35,358 bases of DNA. It comes from a virus (Duplodnaviria; Heunggongvirae; Uroviricota; Caudoviricetes). This document shows positions 5,726 through 13,523 of this stretch, piece by piece (position 1 is the stretch's first letter; the number at the start of each line of letters is the position of its first letter). Made by a program: the position numbers and the translations under genes. The DNA lies in IMG/VR virus record IMGVR_UViG_3300029957_000005, positions 128,001 to 163,358 of that record. The stretch is one strand, 5' to 3'. Below the pieces are notes generated by a model. It was given only the letters and a program-made list of their open reading frames with translations. It was not told the origin of the DNA and did no database searches.

Positions 5726-5799
5726 CGACGAACCTGCAAGGAATCGAACCCTGTGTTTCCCTCTGCACGAGAGCGTCCTATCCACTAGACGAAGGTTCT
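5726..5799 (-). tRNA. tRNA-like RNA or pseudo-tRNA (5-nt loop GTGCA, no encoded CCA)
   Basis: D-arm GTCT/GGAC, T-arm with TTCGATT, acceptor GAACCT/AGGTTC. Confidence 0.6.
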
Positions 5800-5800
5800 C

Positions 5801-5906
5801 AGACAAAGACCGATCCGGCAAGACCGGCATAATCGTCTGCGAGTCAACAAGGCCCGAGTGGATTGCCGTCCAACCTTCCTTGTTCGAAGAGGGTAACAAT
5901 CTCTTC
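5801..5906 (-). ncRNA. Three-hairpin structured spacer
   Basis: GAAGAG/CTCTTC, AACAAGG/CCTTGTT, AGAC..CCGG/CCGG..GTCT. Confidence 0.4.
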
Positions 5907-5910
5907 TTAA

Positions 5911-5987
5911 TGGTGCCTAAGGAGGTATTCGAAACCTCATACACCTCTTTTTGAGGGAGGCCGCTTTGCCTCTTTGCGTACTCAGGC
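5911..5987 (-). tRNA. tRNA-Leu(CAA), short variable loop
   Basis: Loop CTCAAAA, 5-nt variable loop, A73. Confidence 0.9.
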
Positions 5988-5992
5988 TTATT

Positions 5993-6067
5993 TGGTGGAG
6001 AAGGTGGGTAACGCTCCCACTAGGCTGGAATCTTGCAAGGATTCCCCGGGTATCTCACCCCATCCCC
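5993..6067 (-). tRNA. tRNA-Ala(UGC), reduced D-arm
   Basis: G3-U70, loop CTTGCAA, T-loop AGCGTTA. Confidence 0.83.
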
Positions 6068-6078
6068 AATTCTTGAAT

Positions 6079-6142
6079 TGGTGCCACCGATAGCCGAAGA
6101 GACAACAATGATTACCGCTCGGTGGCAACACGGGTCATTGTA
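6079..6142 (-). ncRNA. CCA-ended pseudoknotted small RNA
   Basis: GCCACCGA/TCGGTGGC + ACCA; 5' ACAATGA complementary to loop TCATTGT. Confidence 0.6.
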
Positions 6143-6144
6143 TT

Positions 6145-6218
6145 TGGAGCGGATAGTGGGGATCAAACCCACCTCAACGGCTTGGAAGGCCGAGGCACAG
6201 TCACTATACCATATCCGC
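6145..6218 (-). tRNA. tRNA-Gly(UCC), second copy, U73
   Basis: GCGGATA/TATCCGC, loop CTTCCAA, A19/U56 swap. Confidence 0.9.
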
Positions 6219-6224
6219 AGTAAT

Positions 6225-6314
6225 TGGCTCCTATCGCAGGTACCGCCCCTGCCCCACCTTTCGATGGCCTTCCGGTTAACAGCCGGAGACTTTCACTATG
6301 CCAGTCCGATAGGA
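6225..6314 (-). tRNA. tRNA-Asn(GUU) with long variable arm
   Basis: TCCTATC/GATAGGA, G73, loop CTGTTAA, variable hairpin CCATC-GAAA-GGTGG, T-loop GGCGGTA. Confidence 0.85.
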
Positions 6315-6317
6315 ATA

Positions 6318-6606
6318 TTGCTCTTTCGAGCAAAACGACTAAACCGATATTTGGTCAGAATGGCCTCGGTTAAAGGGCAGCAGAAAATTCGATGGGTCCA
6401 CGTTTTGAAAGGACCGGACCCTTTACGCTTGGAGTTAAGTGGGTAAGTCCACCTCCAGAACGACTCGTATACCTTCTTTGGAGTCCGACTCTTACTGCCG
6501 GATACCTGTAAAGGACAATCTTCAATTGTCTAAGAACCCGAGCTTTCTTAGGCTCGTACCTTCCGGAGAAGGATTTCTGACCGAGCCCAGTTGGTCTCAA
6601 GGTCGT
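6318..6606 (-). ncRNA. About 290-nt highly structured ncRNA, unknown family
   Basis: Ten or more stems incl. ACGAC/GTCGT, GGTCAGAA/TTCTGACC, CCTTTAC/GTAAAGG, GGGTCC/GGACCC; no credible ORF; bounded by tRNAs. Confidence 0.65.
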
Positions 6607-6608
6607 AT

Positions 6609-6683
6609 TGGTCAGGATGGTTGGTAACGCTCCAACTTTGCGGACTTCCAAGGTCCACCGATGATCTTATCTCTTACACCCTG
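6609..6683 (-). tRNA. tRNA-Pro(UGG), A18/G55 type, A37
   Basis: CAGGGTG/CATCCTG, loop CTTGGAA, T-loop AGCGTTA. Confidence 0.85.
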
Positions 6684-6757
6684 TTTATGCACTCGGATCT
6701 TTATCCTATCACGTTTTTCGGTCGTCTGAAACTCTTTTTTCGGTTTCAGTTAAAATT

Positions 6758-6840
6758 TGGAGCTCACGACAGGCTTCGAACCTGCATCTACCTATCCAGT
6801 TACCTTTGTCCTCGTTCGTAGCGAGGGGGGATACGTGAGC
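6758..6840 (-). tRNA. Non-canonical D-armless tRNA-Arg(ACG)-like RNA
   Basis: GCTCACG/CGTGAGC + TCCA, CCTCG-CTACGAA-CGAGG, T-loop TTCGAAG, no D-arm. Confidence 0.75.
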
Positions 6841-6914
6841 ATGTGGTCTATATATGACGATCTTCAGATTTCCAGGAGGATTTTTTCGGATCGTTTCAAC
6901 TTTTCGATAATGAC

Positions 6915-6943
6915 ACTCTACTCTAAGATGGAAAGCTTGTAAA
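6915..6943 (-). promoter_or_regulatory. T4-type early promoter at the head of the tRNA array
   Basis: TTTACA-N17-TAGAGT. Confidence 0.75.
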
Positions 6944-6971
6944 CAGAAAAATTGAAGAATGTCGAATTTTT

Positions 6972-7136
6972 TTAGAGATCGGGAATTTCGATGACTTCGT
7001 AGTAAATCGGGTTCTCTCTATAATAGACGAGATGGCGATAGGTCGGATCGAACTTCATCGCCTTCTCGATTGAGAAACCCCAGGTCCCATTCTCTTGACG
7101 ATACTTCTGGGTGTGGACACTCTTGACGATGATCAT
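6972..7136 (-). CDS. Hypothetical protein, 54 aa (MIIVKSVHTQK...)
   Basis: ATGA overlap with upstream stop; hand translated. Confidence 0.65.
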   Translation of the reverse strand: MIIVKSVHTQKYRQENGTWGFSIEKAMKFDPTYRHLVYYRENPIYYEVIEIPDL

Positions 7137-7840
7137 AGGTCGATGAACTTCGCGTGGTAGCCTGAGTAGTTGTCTTCACGCGGATAGCCTCGCGGATGAC
7201 AGAGGATCCTGGTCGAGCCGATCATGTAGTCGAATGACTGATGAACGTGACCGTGGATTGCGACTTCGATGTTCGGACACTGAAGGATCCAATCGTCCAG
7301 ATCGTTGACGAAGGAGCCGTTCAGGGGACCACCAGCGAATCTTGGAGAGATAGATTGCTTGGACAGACCGTGGTGCGTCAGGAGGATGATCCTCTTGTTC
7401 CAGTTGGTGCTGACAATTCTACGAATTTCAGTGAACTGGGTCTTGAAGCAGTTCAGGGCTCTCTGGGCGTTCCAGTCCTTGATGTAGTTCTTGTCGTTCA
7501 GGAACTTGTACTCGTCGATCTCCTTGGGAGTCTCTCCGAAGTAGTTCGTCCAGAGGGTGGCCGAGACGACAAGGAAATCTCCGATCGTCGTCTCTTCGAC
7601 ACCCCAGTCCTCTGGAGTCGTATGCCAATTCTGATAGAAGTCGTGATTGCCCATGACCTTGACATACGGACCGAGGTCCTCCAAGGCCAGGATGAAGTCC
7701 GGGTTGTAGATGTTCGAGAAGTCCCCGGCATTCAGAATCAGATCTGGCTTTTCGTCAGCTGCCTGTTTGAAGAGGCGAGCTTGAAGGACCTGCTGCTCCA
7801 GTCCGGAGACATGCAGGTCCGAGAAGTACATGACTTTCAA
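7133..7840 (-). CDS. Calcineurin-like metallophosphoesterase
   Basis: SDLH, AGD, GNHD, THH and HGHVH motifs. Confidence 0.92.
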   Translation of the reverse strand: MKVMYFSDLHVSGLEQQVLQARLFKQAADEKPDLILNAGDFSNIYNPDFILALEDLGPYVKVMGNHDFYQNWHTTPEDWGVEETTIGDFLVVSATLWTNYFGETPKEIDEYKFLNDKNYIKDWNAQRALNCFKTQFTEIRRIVSTNWNKRIILLTHHGLSKQSISPRFAGGPLNGSFVNDLDDWILQCPNIEVAIHGHVHQSFDYMIGSTRILCHPRGYPREDNYSGYHAKFIDL

Positions 7841-7845
7841 GGTGA

Positions 7846-8544
7846 TTAGCCCTTTTTGGCTGAAGCTTTCTTGGCCGGCTTCTTGAATTCTTCTTCGGCC
7901 TTTTCGATGATGGCTGCCGTCTCTTCATCCACATTCGGGATGGAGATAACGACCTCAGACTTCACGTCCTCGTCGCCGAAGGTTTCGGTCTCGTCGATCT
8001 TGGCGACCTTGACCACATCAGCTTCTGGATCGTAGTCACCAGGCTTGATCACACGTGGTTTAGCAGGTACGGATCCCTGATCGTCCACTCCAGCCTTGGA
8101 AGAGGCTTTGCCCTTCTTCTGAAGAGCTTCAATATCCTCTGCAGAAAGTTCGGGGAAGAGAGCCGGAAAGATCTTCTGGACGTCGGCGAAAGTGAGGCCG
8201 ATTTCCAGATCCTTGTCCTTCAGAGCAGTGATGAGGATGACCTCTTCCTTGGACAGCGGCTGGAGAATACGGAGCCAGGACTTCTCGAGCTTCGGGCCGG
8301 CTTCGAGGGTGACCAGCGGTGGAATTGAACGGATCATCTTCTCGAGCGAACCGTACGGGTGGGTGTTGAACTTGTAGTCCACCGGAAGGCCGGCCGGGAG
8401 TTCGAACTTGATGGATGGGTCGAAGAGCATCTTCAGGCATCCGGCGAGGGACACCGAGTATTCCTCATTGATGATCTTGGTCTTTTCCTGGATCGTCTCT
8501 GCCTTAGCGATGGCATCGAAAACTTCTGGTAGTGATTTCTTCAC
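7846..8544 (-). CDS. Conserved T4-like hypothetical protein
   Basis: FDPSIKFELP.G motif; position next to rnh as in exo-T4 phages. Confidence 0.8.
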   Translation of the reverse strand: MKKSLPEVFDAIAKAETIQEKTKIINEEYSVSLAGCLKMLFDPSIKFELPAGLPVDYKFNTHPYGSLEKMIRSIPPLVTLEAGPKLEKSWLRILQPLSKEEVILITALKDKDLEIGLTFADVQKIFPALFPELSAEDIEALQKKGKASSKAGVDDQGSVPAKPRVIKPGDYDPEADVVKVAKIDETETFGDEDVKSEVVISIPNVDEETAAIIEKAEEEFKKPAKKASAKKG

Positions 8545-8555
8545 GTATCTTCCTT

Positions 8556-9497
8556 TTACTTGTTTCTAAAGTCCCCAATCACATCGAGCATGTTCTTCAT
8601 TCTGTTTGCGATGAAGGCTTGACGCAGGGTTTCGAGGTTGCCCCTCGGAGTTTCGGTCTCTCTTATATACACCTCTTCGATGGAGGCTTCCACGTCCTTC
8701 GGAATTCCGTGGATCAGATCGATCAGCTTCTTGTTTCGATCGAACCTCTGAAGGAAGAGTTCCTTGGAGATCTTCTTGACCTCGATGGTCTCCGGGTTCT
8801 CGAAGCCGGCCTTGAACTCGGTGACGAATTTCTCCATGATCGGAGTCTGACGGATCTTGTCGATCAGGCAGTTGTCGGCAGAGAGGACATTCGGGACTCC
8901 ATCTCCGGCGTCTCCACGAGCGATGTGCTCCATGAAGAATCCACGAGGGTCTTTGCACTTCAGGTTCTTCTTGAGGGTCGGAGAGTACTGATCCACGTTC
9001 GGAAGGATCTGGAGCTGCTGGAAGTCCTTGTCTCCGGAGAGGATCAGGACCTTCTCAGGCTTTGCTGTCTCCTGACCGAAACCACCGAAGTCGTCATCGG
9101 CGGAGTCAGGAGCGGCAAACTTGCGAGTCAGCCAGGCGATGATGTCGTCTGCTTCTGCTCCAGGCACCCGGATCACCGGATACGGAGAGAACTCGTCCAG
9201 CAGGTCCGCGGTCTCCTTGACCGTCTGATAGACCAGCTTCCAGAACTCCTCGTCGTCCTTCCTGTCCTCGGCCCTTCGAGCCTTGTAGAGAGGAAAGTAG
9301 GACTTCCTCCAGGAGGTGGAGTCCACACAGAGGTAGACCTTACCGTATTGTCCCTTGAACTTCATGGTGTTCATTCGAAGGGAGTTGATGATGAAGTGCT
9401 TGGCGAGCGCCGGTTCCAGAGGAACGTTCGGGTTCGCAGCTTTCTCGGCAGCGATGCCGGCGAGAGAGATTTGTGAGAAGTCGACTAGAATTGGCAT
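8556..9497 (-). CDS. rnh: T4-like RNase H (5'-3' exonuclease)
   Basis: ILVDFSQI, WRK.YFP.YK, EADDII, SGDKDF.QL, GD.GDGVPN. Confidence 0.95.
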   Translation of the reverse strand: MPILVDFSQISLAGIAAEKAANPNVPLEPALAKHFIINSLRMNTMKFKGQYGKVYLCVDSTSWRKSYFPLYKARRAEDRKDDEEFWKLVYQTVKETADLLDEFSPYPVIRVPGAEADDIIAWLTRKFAAPDSADDDFGGFGQETAKPEKVLILSGDKDFQQLQILPNVDQYSPTLKKNLKCKDPRGFFMEHIARGDAGDGVPNVLSADNCLIDKIRQTPIMEKFVTEFKAGFENPETIEVKKISKELFLQRFDRNKKLIDLIHGIPKDVEASIEEVYIRETETPRGNLETLRQAFIANRMKNMLDVIGDFRNK

Positions 9498-9541
9498 GAT
9501 CTGATACTATCTCTTCTTGAGAGGAAAGGACACTGAAAAGT

Positions 9542-10594
9542 TCAGAAGACCTTCATGAGGAGAGTCTCCTCGTTGATCCGGCAGTTGTGAACGCTCGGAG
9601 TGGTCTTGATCTCTTCAAACAGTCGGTCCATGGCTGCTTTGGTCGTTCCGAAGAAGTTCTTCATGATTTCCGGCTTTCGGATCCTCTTGCGCTCGGACTT
9701 GTCCACATTCTGGAGGGTGGTTCCCTTGAGGTCGAACCCTGCCTTGGACTCGAACCTGGTCAGCTCACGATACTTGGAGTTGAAGGTCCAGAGCACATTG
9801 GCTCCGAGCATCTTCTCCGGATCGATCGAGGCGAGGGACAGGTCTTGATCGGTCTTCTTGAAGCGGAGGTGCTTGAGTTTCTTGTCGACCGGAACCGCTT
9901 TCTTCTTCCTCGGAGACAGGATCTTCTTGGCCGCGTGGATGAAGTCCAGGGTGTTCAGACAGGACTCGTAGAAATCGATCATGGCTCTCTTGTCCTTGAC
10001 CGTCATGTGAGAGAAGGCTTCCTTGACGTCCCGATCTCGGCTCTTGAGTTCCTCGAGACGCGGTCCGATCAGGTCCTTGAGTTCCTGAGCAGCATACTTC
10101 GGGATCGAGGCAGAGAAGGTGGCGAAGGTCGCTTCCGCTGCTTTGTAGTCCCCGTTCCGGAAGATCATGTCCTCGATGTCGTCGAAGTCAGCGACGTGCT
10201 TGCGCTCCTTATAGAGAGGAACGATCTCCTCGACCACGGCCGCAACCACCGGCTCCGGCTTCTTCTTGGACTTCGGAAAGTCCCGCTCGAGCTCGGCGAA
10301 GTACTTCCGCATCTTCTTGAGGATGAAGTCCGGGAAAATGCAGTTCACATCGATCATCATCCCGATCCAGGCGTAGGTCAGGTTCTGTCGGCTGTGGGGT
10401 ACTTCGGTCCATTCAATCTTGCGATTGTTCTTCTCGAGATAGGTCCGGGCATCCTTTTGGGAGTAGACATAATTGTACCAATTGTAGGCTTTAGCGATTT
10501 CCGCACCCGTTGATTCGGTGAAATCCAGATCGGCCGGAGCTTCACCCATCCCAAGCATCTTGACGCTTGCGGGTCTCGTTTTCTTCTTTGACAT
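9542..10594 (-). CDS. Conserved T4-like hypothetical protein
   Basis: YNWYNY, LWTFN.KYR.L, KGTTL and RINE motifs typical of the gene upstream of rnh. Confidence 0.85.
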   Translation of the reverse strand: MSKKKTRPASVKMLGMGEAPADLDFTESTGAEIAKAYNWYNYVYSQKDARTYLEKNNRKIEWTEVPHSRQNLTYAWIGMMIDVNCIFPDFILKKMRKYFAELERDFPKSKKKPEPVVAAVVEEIVPLYKERKHVADFDDIEDMIFRNGDYKAAEATFATFSASIPKYAAQELKDLIGPRLEELKSRDRDVKEAFSHMTVKDKRAMIDFYESCLNTLDFIHAAKKILSPRKKKAVPVDKKLKHLRFKKTDQDLSLASIDPEKMLGANVLWTFNSKYRELTRFESKAGFDLKGTTLQNVDKSERKRIRKPEIMKNFFGTTKAAMDRLFEEIKTTPSVHNCRINEETLLMKVF

Positions 10595-10600
10595 GTCAGC

Positions 10601-10963
10601 TCAATTCTTTGGTTCGAAGAGGTGATTATTCTCAAAGTACGGGAGTTCCTTGGCCTTTGCGAAATTCGTGGTTCTGTTGAGATAGTCCATAAAGGCCACT
10701 GCATGAGTCGTGCTCAGTTGAGCGACTCCAATCACTCGGTTTTTCTGAATACTCTGATTTTCTTCGGATGTAAACAGAAAAATGTCATAGTACCCCATTT
10801 GTGAACCATTCGTCTGAAGTCCACGGAAGAAGGAGACATCGAGAGCCAGGACGTTTGGATCATTCATGTCTTTCTGGAGATCCGATCCGTAGGCAATTCC
10901 CTTGACGATTCCAGAGACTCCCATATCGATCAGGATCATATAGGCGGTGGCGTTCTGCTTCAT
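10601..10963 (-). CDS. Hypothetical protein (start MKQNATAY)
   Basis: ATGA overlap with uvsW stop. Confidence 0.75.
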   Translation of the reverse strand: MKQNATAYMILIDMGVSGIVKGIAYGSDLQKDMNDPNVLALDVSFFRGLQTNGSQMGYYDIFLFTSEENQSIQKNRVIGVAQLSTTHAVAFMDYLNRTTNFAKAKELPYFENNHLFEPKN

Positions 10964-12477
10964 AGTGAGACCTTCTTGTAAATTATCTTGAGTTTTTCTT
11001 CGGTGTAGTACTTGAGACGCATCAGACCGTGAGTCCACGTGTGATTAGCATTCTCTCCAACCTTTATATCATCGATCAGATCGAAAAGGTAACCTGATTT
11101 TCCATCTCTCGAAGGACGAAGTAGTCTTCCGAGGGACTGAAGAATTCTGATGCGTCCTTTTGCCGGAGCAGCCAGGATCCCGTTGTGCAGGTTCCTGATG
11201 TTGATGCCGAGCTGAAAGAGCTGATAGGTCGACAGAACGACGACGCCTGAGTGTGACTCCACATAGGCCCTGATCGCATCTCTCTCCTCGGCGCTCATGG
11301 TCGAGGACATCCTCTGGACGTCGATGCCGGCCTGAGTCAGGATCTTCTCGATCTTGTCGATGTGCTCAATGTTCCTGAAGAGGATCAGGGTGTTGGTGGT
11401 CTTGAGCTTCTGACAGAGCTTGATGATGACCTGATTTCTGCGACGATGCATGATCAGGAACTTGAGTTCGAGGGCGAAGACCTTCTGGTTCTGCTGCTTC
11501 TTCTTGAGTTCCTTGACTGCCTGCCAGAACGTCTTCCGATCGCCTTCCGGGTATCCGAGAATCATGGCCACGATCGGAGTGTTGGACAGGAGTCCTTCCT
11601 CCATGAGCTCATGAGTCCTTTTGGTGTAGATCAACTCACCGAACAGGCCGACCAAGGCCAGAGGGTTCATCTTGGATTCCTTGAGAGTCCCGGTGGTGCC
11701 GATCTTATAGAGAGCGTTCACGGACCCTTCGACGATCCTGGTGATTCCCTTGGACTCGGCCAGATGGACCTCATCGACGAAAGTTCCGTCGAACTGCTCA
11801 AAGAACTTGAGGCCTTTGATCTGGTCCATGGACTGCCAGGTGGTGATGTTGATCTTCTTGACCGCGTCCTTGTCCTTGCCGCCGTAGATCTGATGGCACA
11901 TCTTGTCCACGTCGAAGCCAGGATCCTTGGCCGAGTACTCTCCGAAGTCCTTGTACATCTGAGTGACCAGGTTGATGGTCGGAACCACAAGAAGAGTCTT
12001 GCGAAACAGGGCCCTGGACAGCCCGTACCTCAGGATCAGGTAGAGAATGAAGGACTTGCCGGAACCAGTAGGAGATATTACGATCGCTCTCCTCGTCCTC
12101 AGGGACTCTAGGACCGCCGCCTTCTGATAATCCCTGAGCTCTATCTCCGGTGGGAGAACTAGCCCAGAATAGAAGCGATCGAAATCTGCTTCGAGAGACA
12201 CAGGATCTACATCGTCCGGGAACCCGGTCTTCTCTATCTCACATCCGGCTTCGTTCAGGAGTTCTTCAAGCTGAGGAGCAAGGCCGAGTGGAAGGGTGTT
12301 GAAGCGTGAGTTGAACAGCCGAATACGGCCGTCCCACATCCGGGACTTGACCTTTGGATGCCACTTGTATCCTTCTGCGAAGAATGAGAAATGCTCGGAG
12401 ATCGTCTGACACAGGGAGGACGAGGCATTCACGTACACATAAGTCTCATTCAACTTCTTGAGTTGAACCTGTTCCAC
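10960..12477 (-). CDS. uvsW: UvsW SF2 helicase (start uncertain; ORF open to 12534)
   Basis: WDGRIRLF, SPTGSGKS, DEVH, QSLGRLLR. Confidence 0.95.
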   Translation of the reverse strand: MEQVQLKKLNETYVYVNASSSLCQTISEHFSFFAEGYKWHPKVKSRMWDGRIRLFNSRFNTLPLGLAPQLEELLNEAGCEIEKTGFPDDVDPVSLEADFDRFYSGLVLPPEIELRDYQKAAVLESLRTRRAIVISPTGSGKSFILYLILRYGLSRALFRKTLLVVPTINLVTQMYKDFGEYSAKDPGFDVDKMCHQIYGGKDKDAVKKINITTWQSMDQIKGLKFFEQFDGTFVDEVHLAESKGITRIVEGSVNALYKIGTTGTLKESKMNPLALVGLFGELIYTKRTHELMEEGLLSNTPIVAMILGYPEGDRKTFWQAVKELKKKQQNQKVFALELKFLIMHRRRNQVIIKLCQKLKTTNTLILFRNIEHIDKIEKILTQAGIDVQRMSSTMSAEERDAIRAYVESHSGVVVLSTYQLFQLGINIRNLHNGILAAPAKGRIRILQSLGRLLRPSRDGKSGYLFDLIDDIKVGENANHTWTHGLMRLKYYTEEKLKIIYKKVSL

Positions 12478-12499
12478 CTCATATGTATCGTCCTCTAGG

Positions 12500-12946
12500 T
12501 CAGCCGTTTCCAGAGGTGAACCTATCCCACTCAATGGCTGACTTGATGTGATCCTTCCTGTCTCGGATCATCCAGAGTATCGAGGTCAAGAGTTCCTTGA
12601 GGGAGTCGTACTCCGAGATCTTTTCCAGGACCTTGGCGTAGTCGTCATCCGCTTTGATGTAGACATCCAGATCGGACTTCTGAACCTTGAGGTGGAAGTT
12701 CTTCTCGCGATACTCGTCCGGGTCACCCTTCCCATTATAGAAGAGAGACTTCTCGAGGAACATCTTGTCCTTGCGCCTCTTGAGCTTGGCCAACTGGGCG
12801 TTGGTCTGCTTCATGAGGTTTAGGTATTTGAAGTGAAGCTTGGAGATGTTCACGGCTTCTTGACTGAGATTGTACCGATCCAGCTTGGAGTCGGCTTCCC
12901 AGAAGACCATGATCTTATCGGTGATGGACTGTTCTTCTTCTGACAT
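12500..12946 (-). CDS. uvsY: UvsY recombination mediator
   Basis: WEADSKLD, LHFKYL, YNGK, IKSAIEWDRF; synteny. Confidence 0.92.
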   Translation of the reverse strand: MSEEEQSITDKIMVFWEADSKLDRYNLSQEAVNISKLHFKYLNLMKQTNAQLAKLKRRKDKMFLEKSLFYNGKGDPDEYREKNFHLKVQKSDLDVYIKADDDYAKVLEKISEYDSLKELLTSILWMIRDRKDHIKSAIEWDRFTSGNG

Positions 12947-12982
12947 GGTTACATTCTACCATCCCAGACGAGGATCTGCTAC

Positions 12983-13519
12983 TTAAATGTCGCAGACCGT
13001 CTTCTTGGTGAAGTCAGGCTTGTAGGTCGAATAGTCGAAGTTCGCATTGAACTTGAGGTTGCCTGGATTCGGATCGTTGTTCGCATAGGACAGGGACCCC
13101 ATGGAGATCGGATAGCAGTGAGCGAAGTTGAAGGTTCCTACCTCCTCGGTCTTCTCATTGTTCAGGATTACAATCCTGGCGTCCGAGGTGATCTGCTCGA
13201 AATCTCGATTTGGATCGATCTCCGGATCGGCAATGAGCGACAGCCAGTTCCAGATTTCCTGGAGGGCCCGATAGTTCTCGTCCAGGATGATCTCGAGAGC
13301 GAGCGGCTTCTCGAACTCCAGGTTCTCTCCGGGCCTGGAGAAGCTTCCGGTCCTTCCCTTGAGTCCGACAGTCCCGAGGCCTACCGCTGGAAGAGTGAAC
13401 CTTTGGATCTGAAACTCAAATGTCGGGATGCGGGCGAAGACCAGCTTGGCATTATCGGATCTGGTGAATGTTCCGAATTGCTGCGGCTTATCGTAAAAAA
13501 GTGTGGTTGAGGTGTCCAT
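12983..13519 (-). CDS. gp3: Tail completion / sheath stabiliser gp3
   Basis: Tube-fold motifs (LPAV.LG, ILDENY..L.EI..W, F..CYPISMG.L); next to uvsY; ATG after late promoter. Confidence 0.8.
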   Translation of the reverse strand: MDTSTTLFYDKPQQFGTFTRSDNAKLVFARIPTFEFQIQRFTLPAVGLGTVGLKGRTGSFSRPGENLEFEKPLALEIILDENYRALQEIWNWLSLIADPEIDPNRDFEQITSDARIVILNNEKTEEVGTFNFAHCYPISMGSLSYANNDPNPGNLKFNANFDYSTYKPDFTKKTVCDI

Positions 13520-13523
13520 GAGG

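Noticed and set aside
6318-6606. RNase P RNA, tmRNA or group I intron
   Set aside because: No GAGGAAAGUCC-type P4 core, no Ala acceptor with T-arm, and no recognisable P7 core or split exon; a covariance search is still needed
1392-6942. Most ORF-track entries across the tRNA array
   Set aside because: They overlap tRNA genes, lack RBSs and have non-protein-like composition
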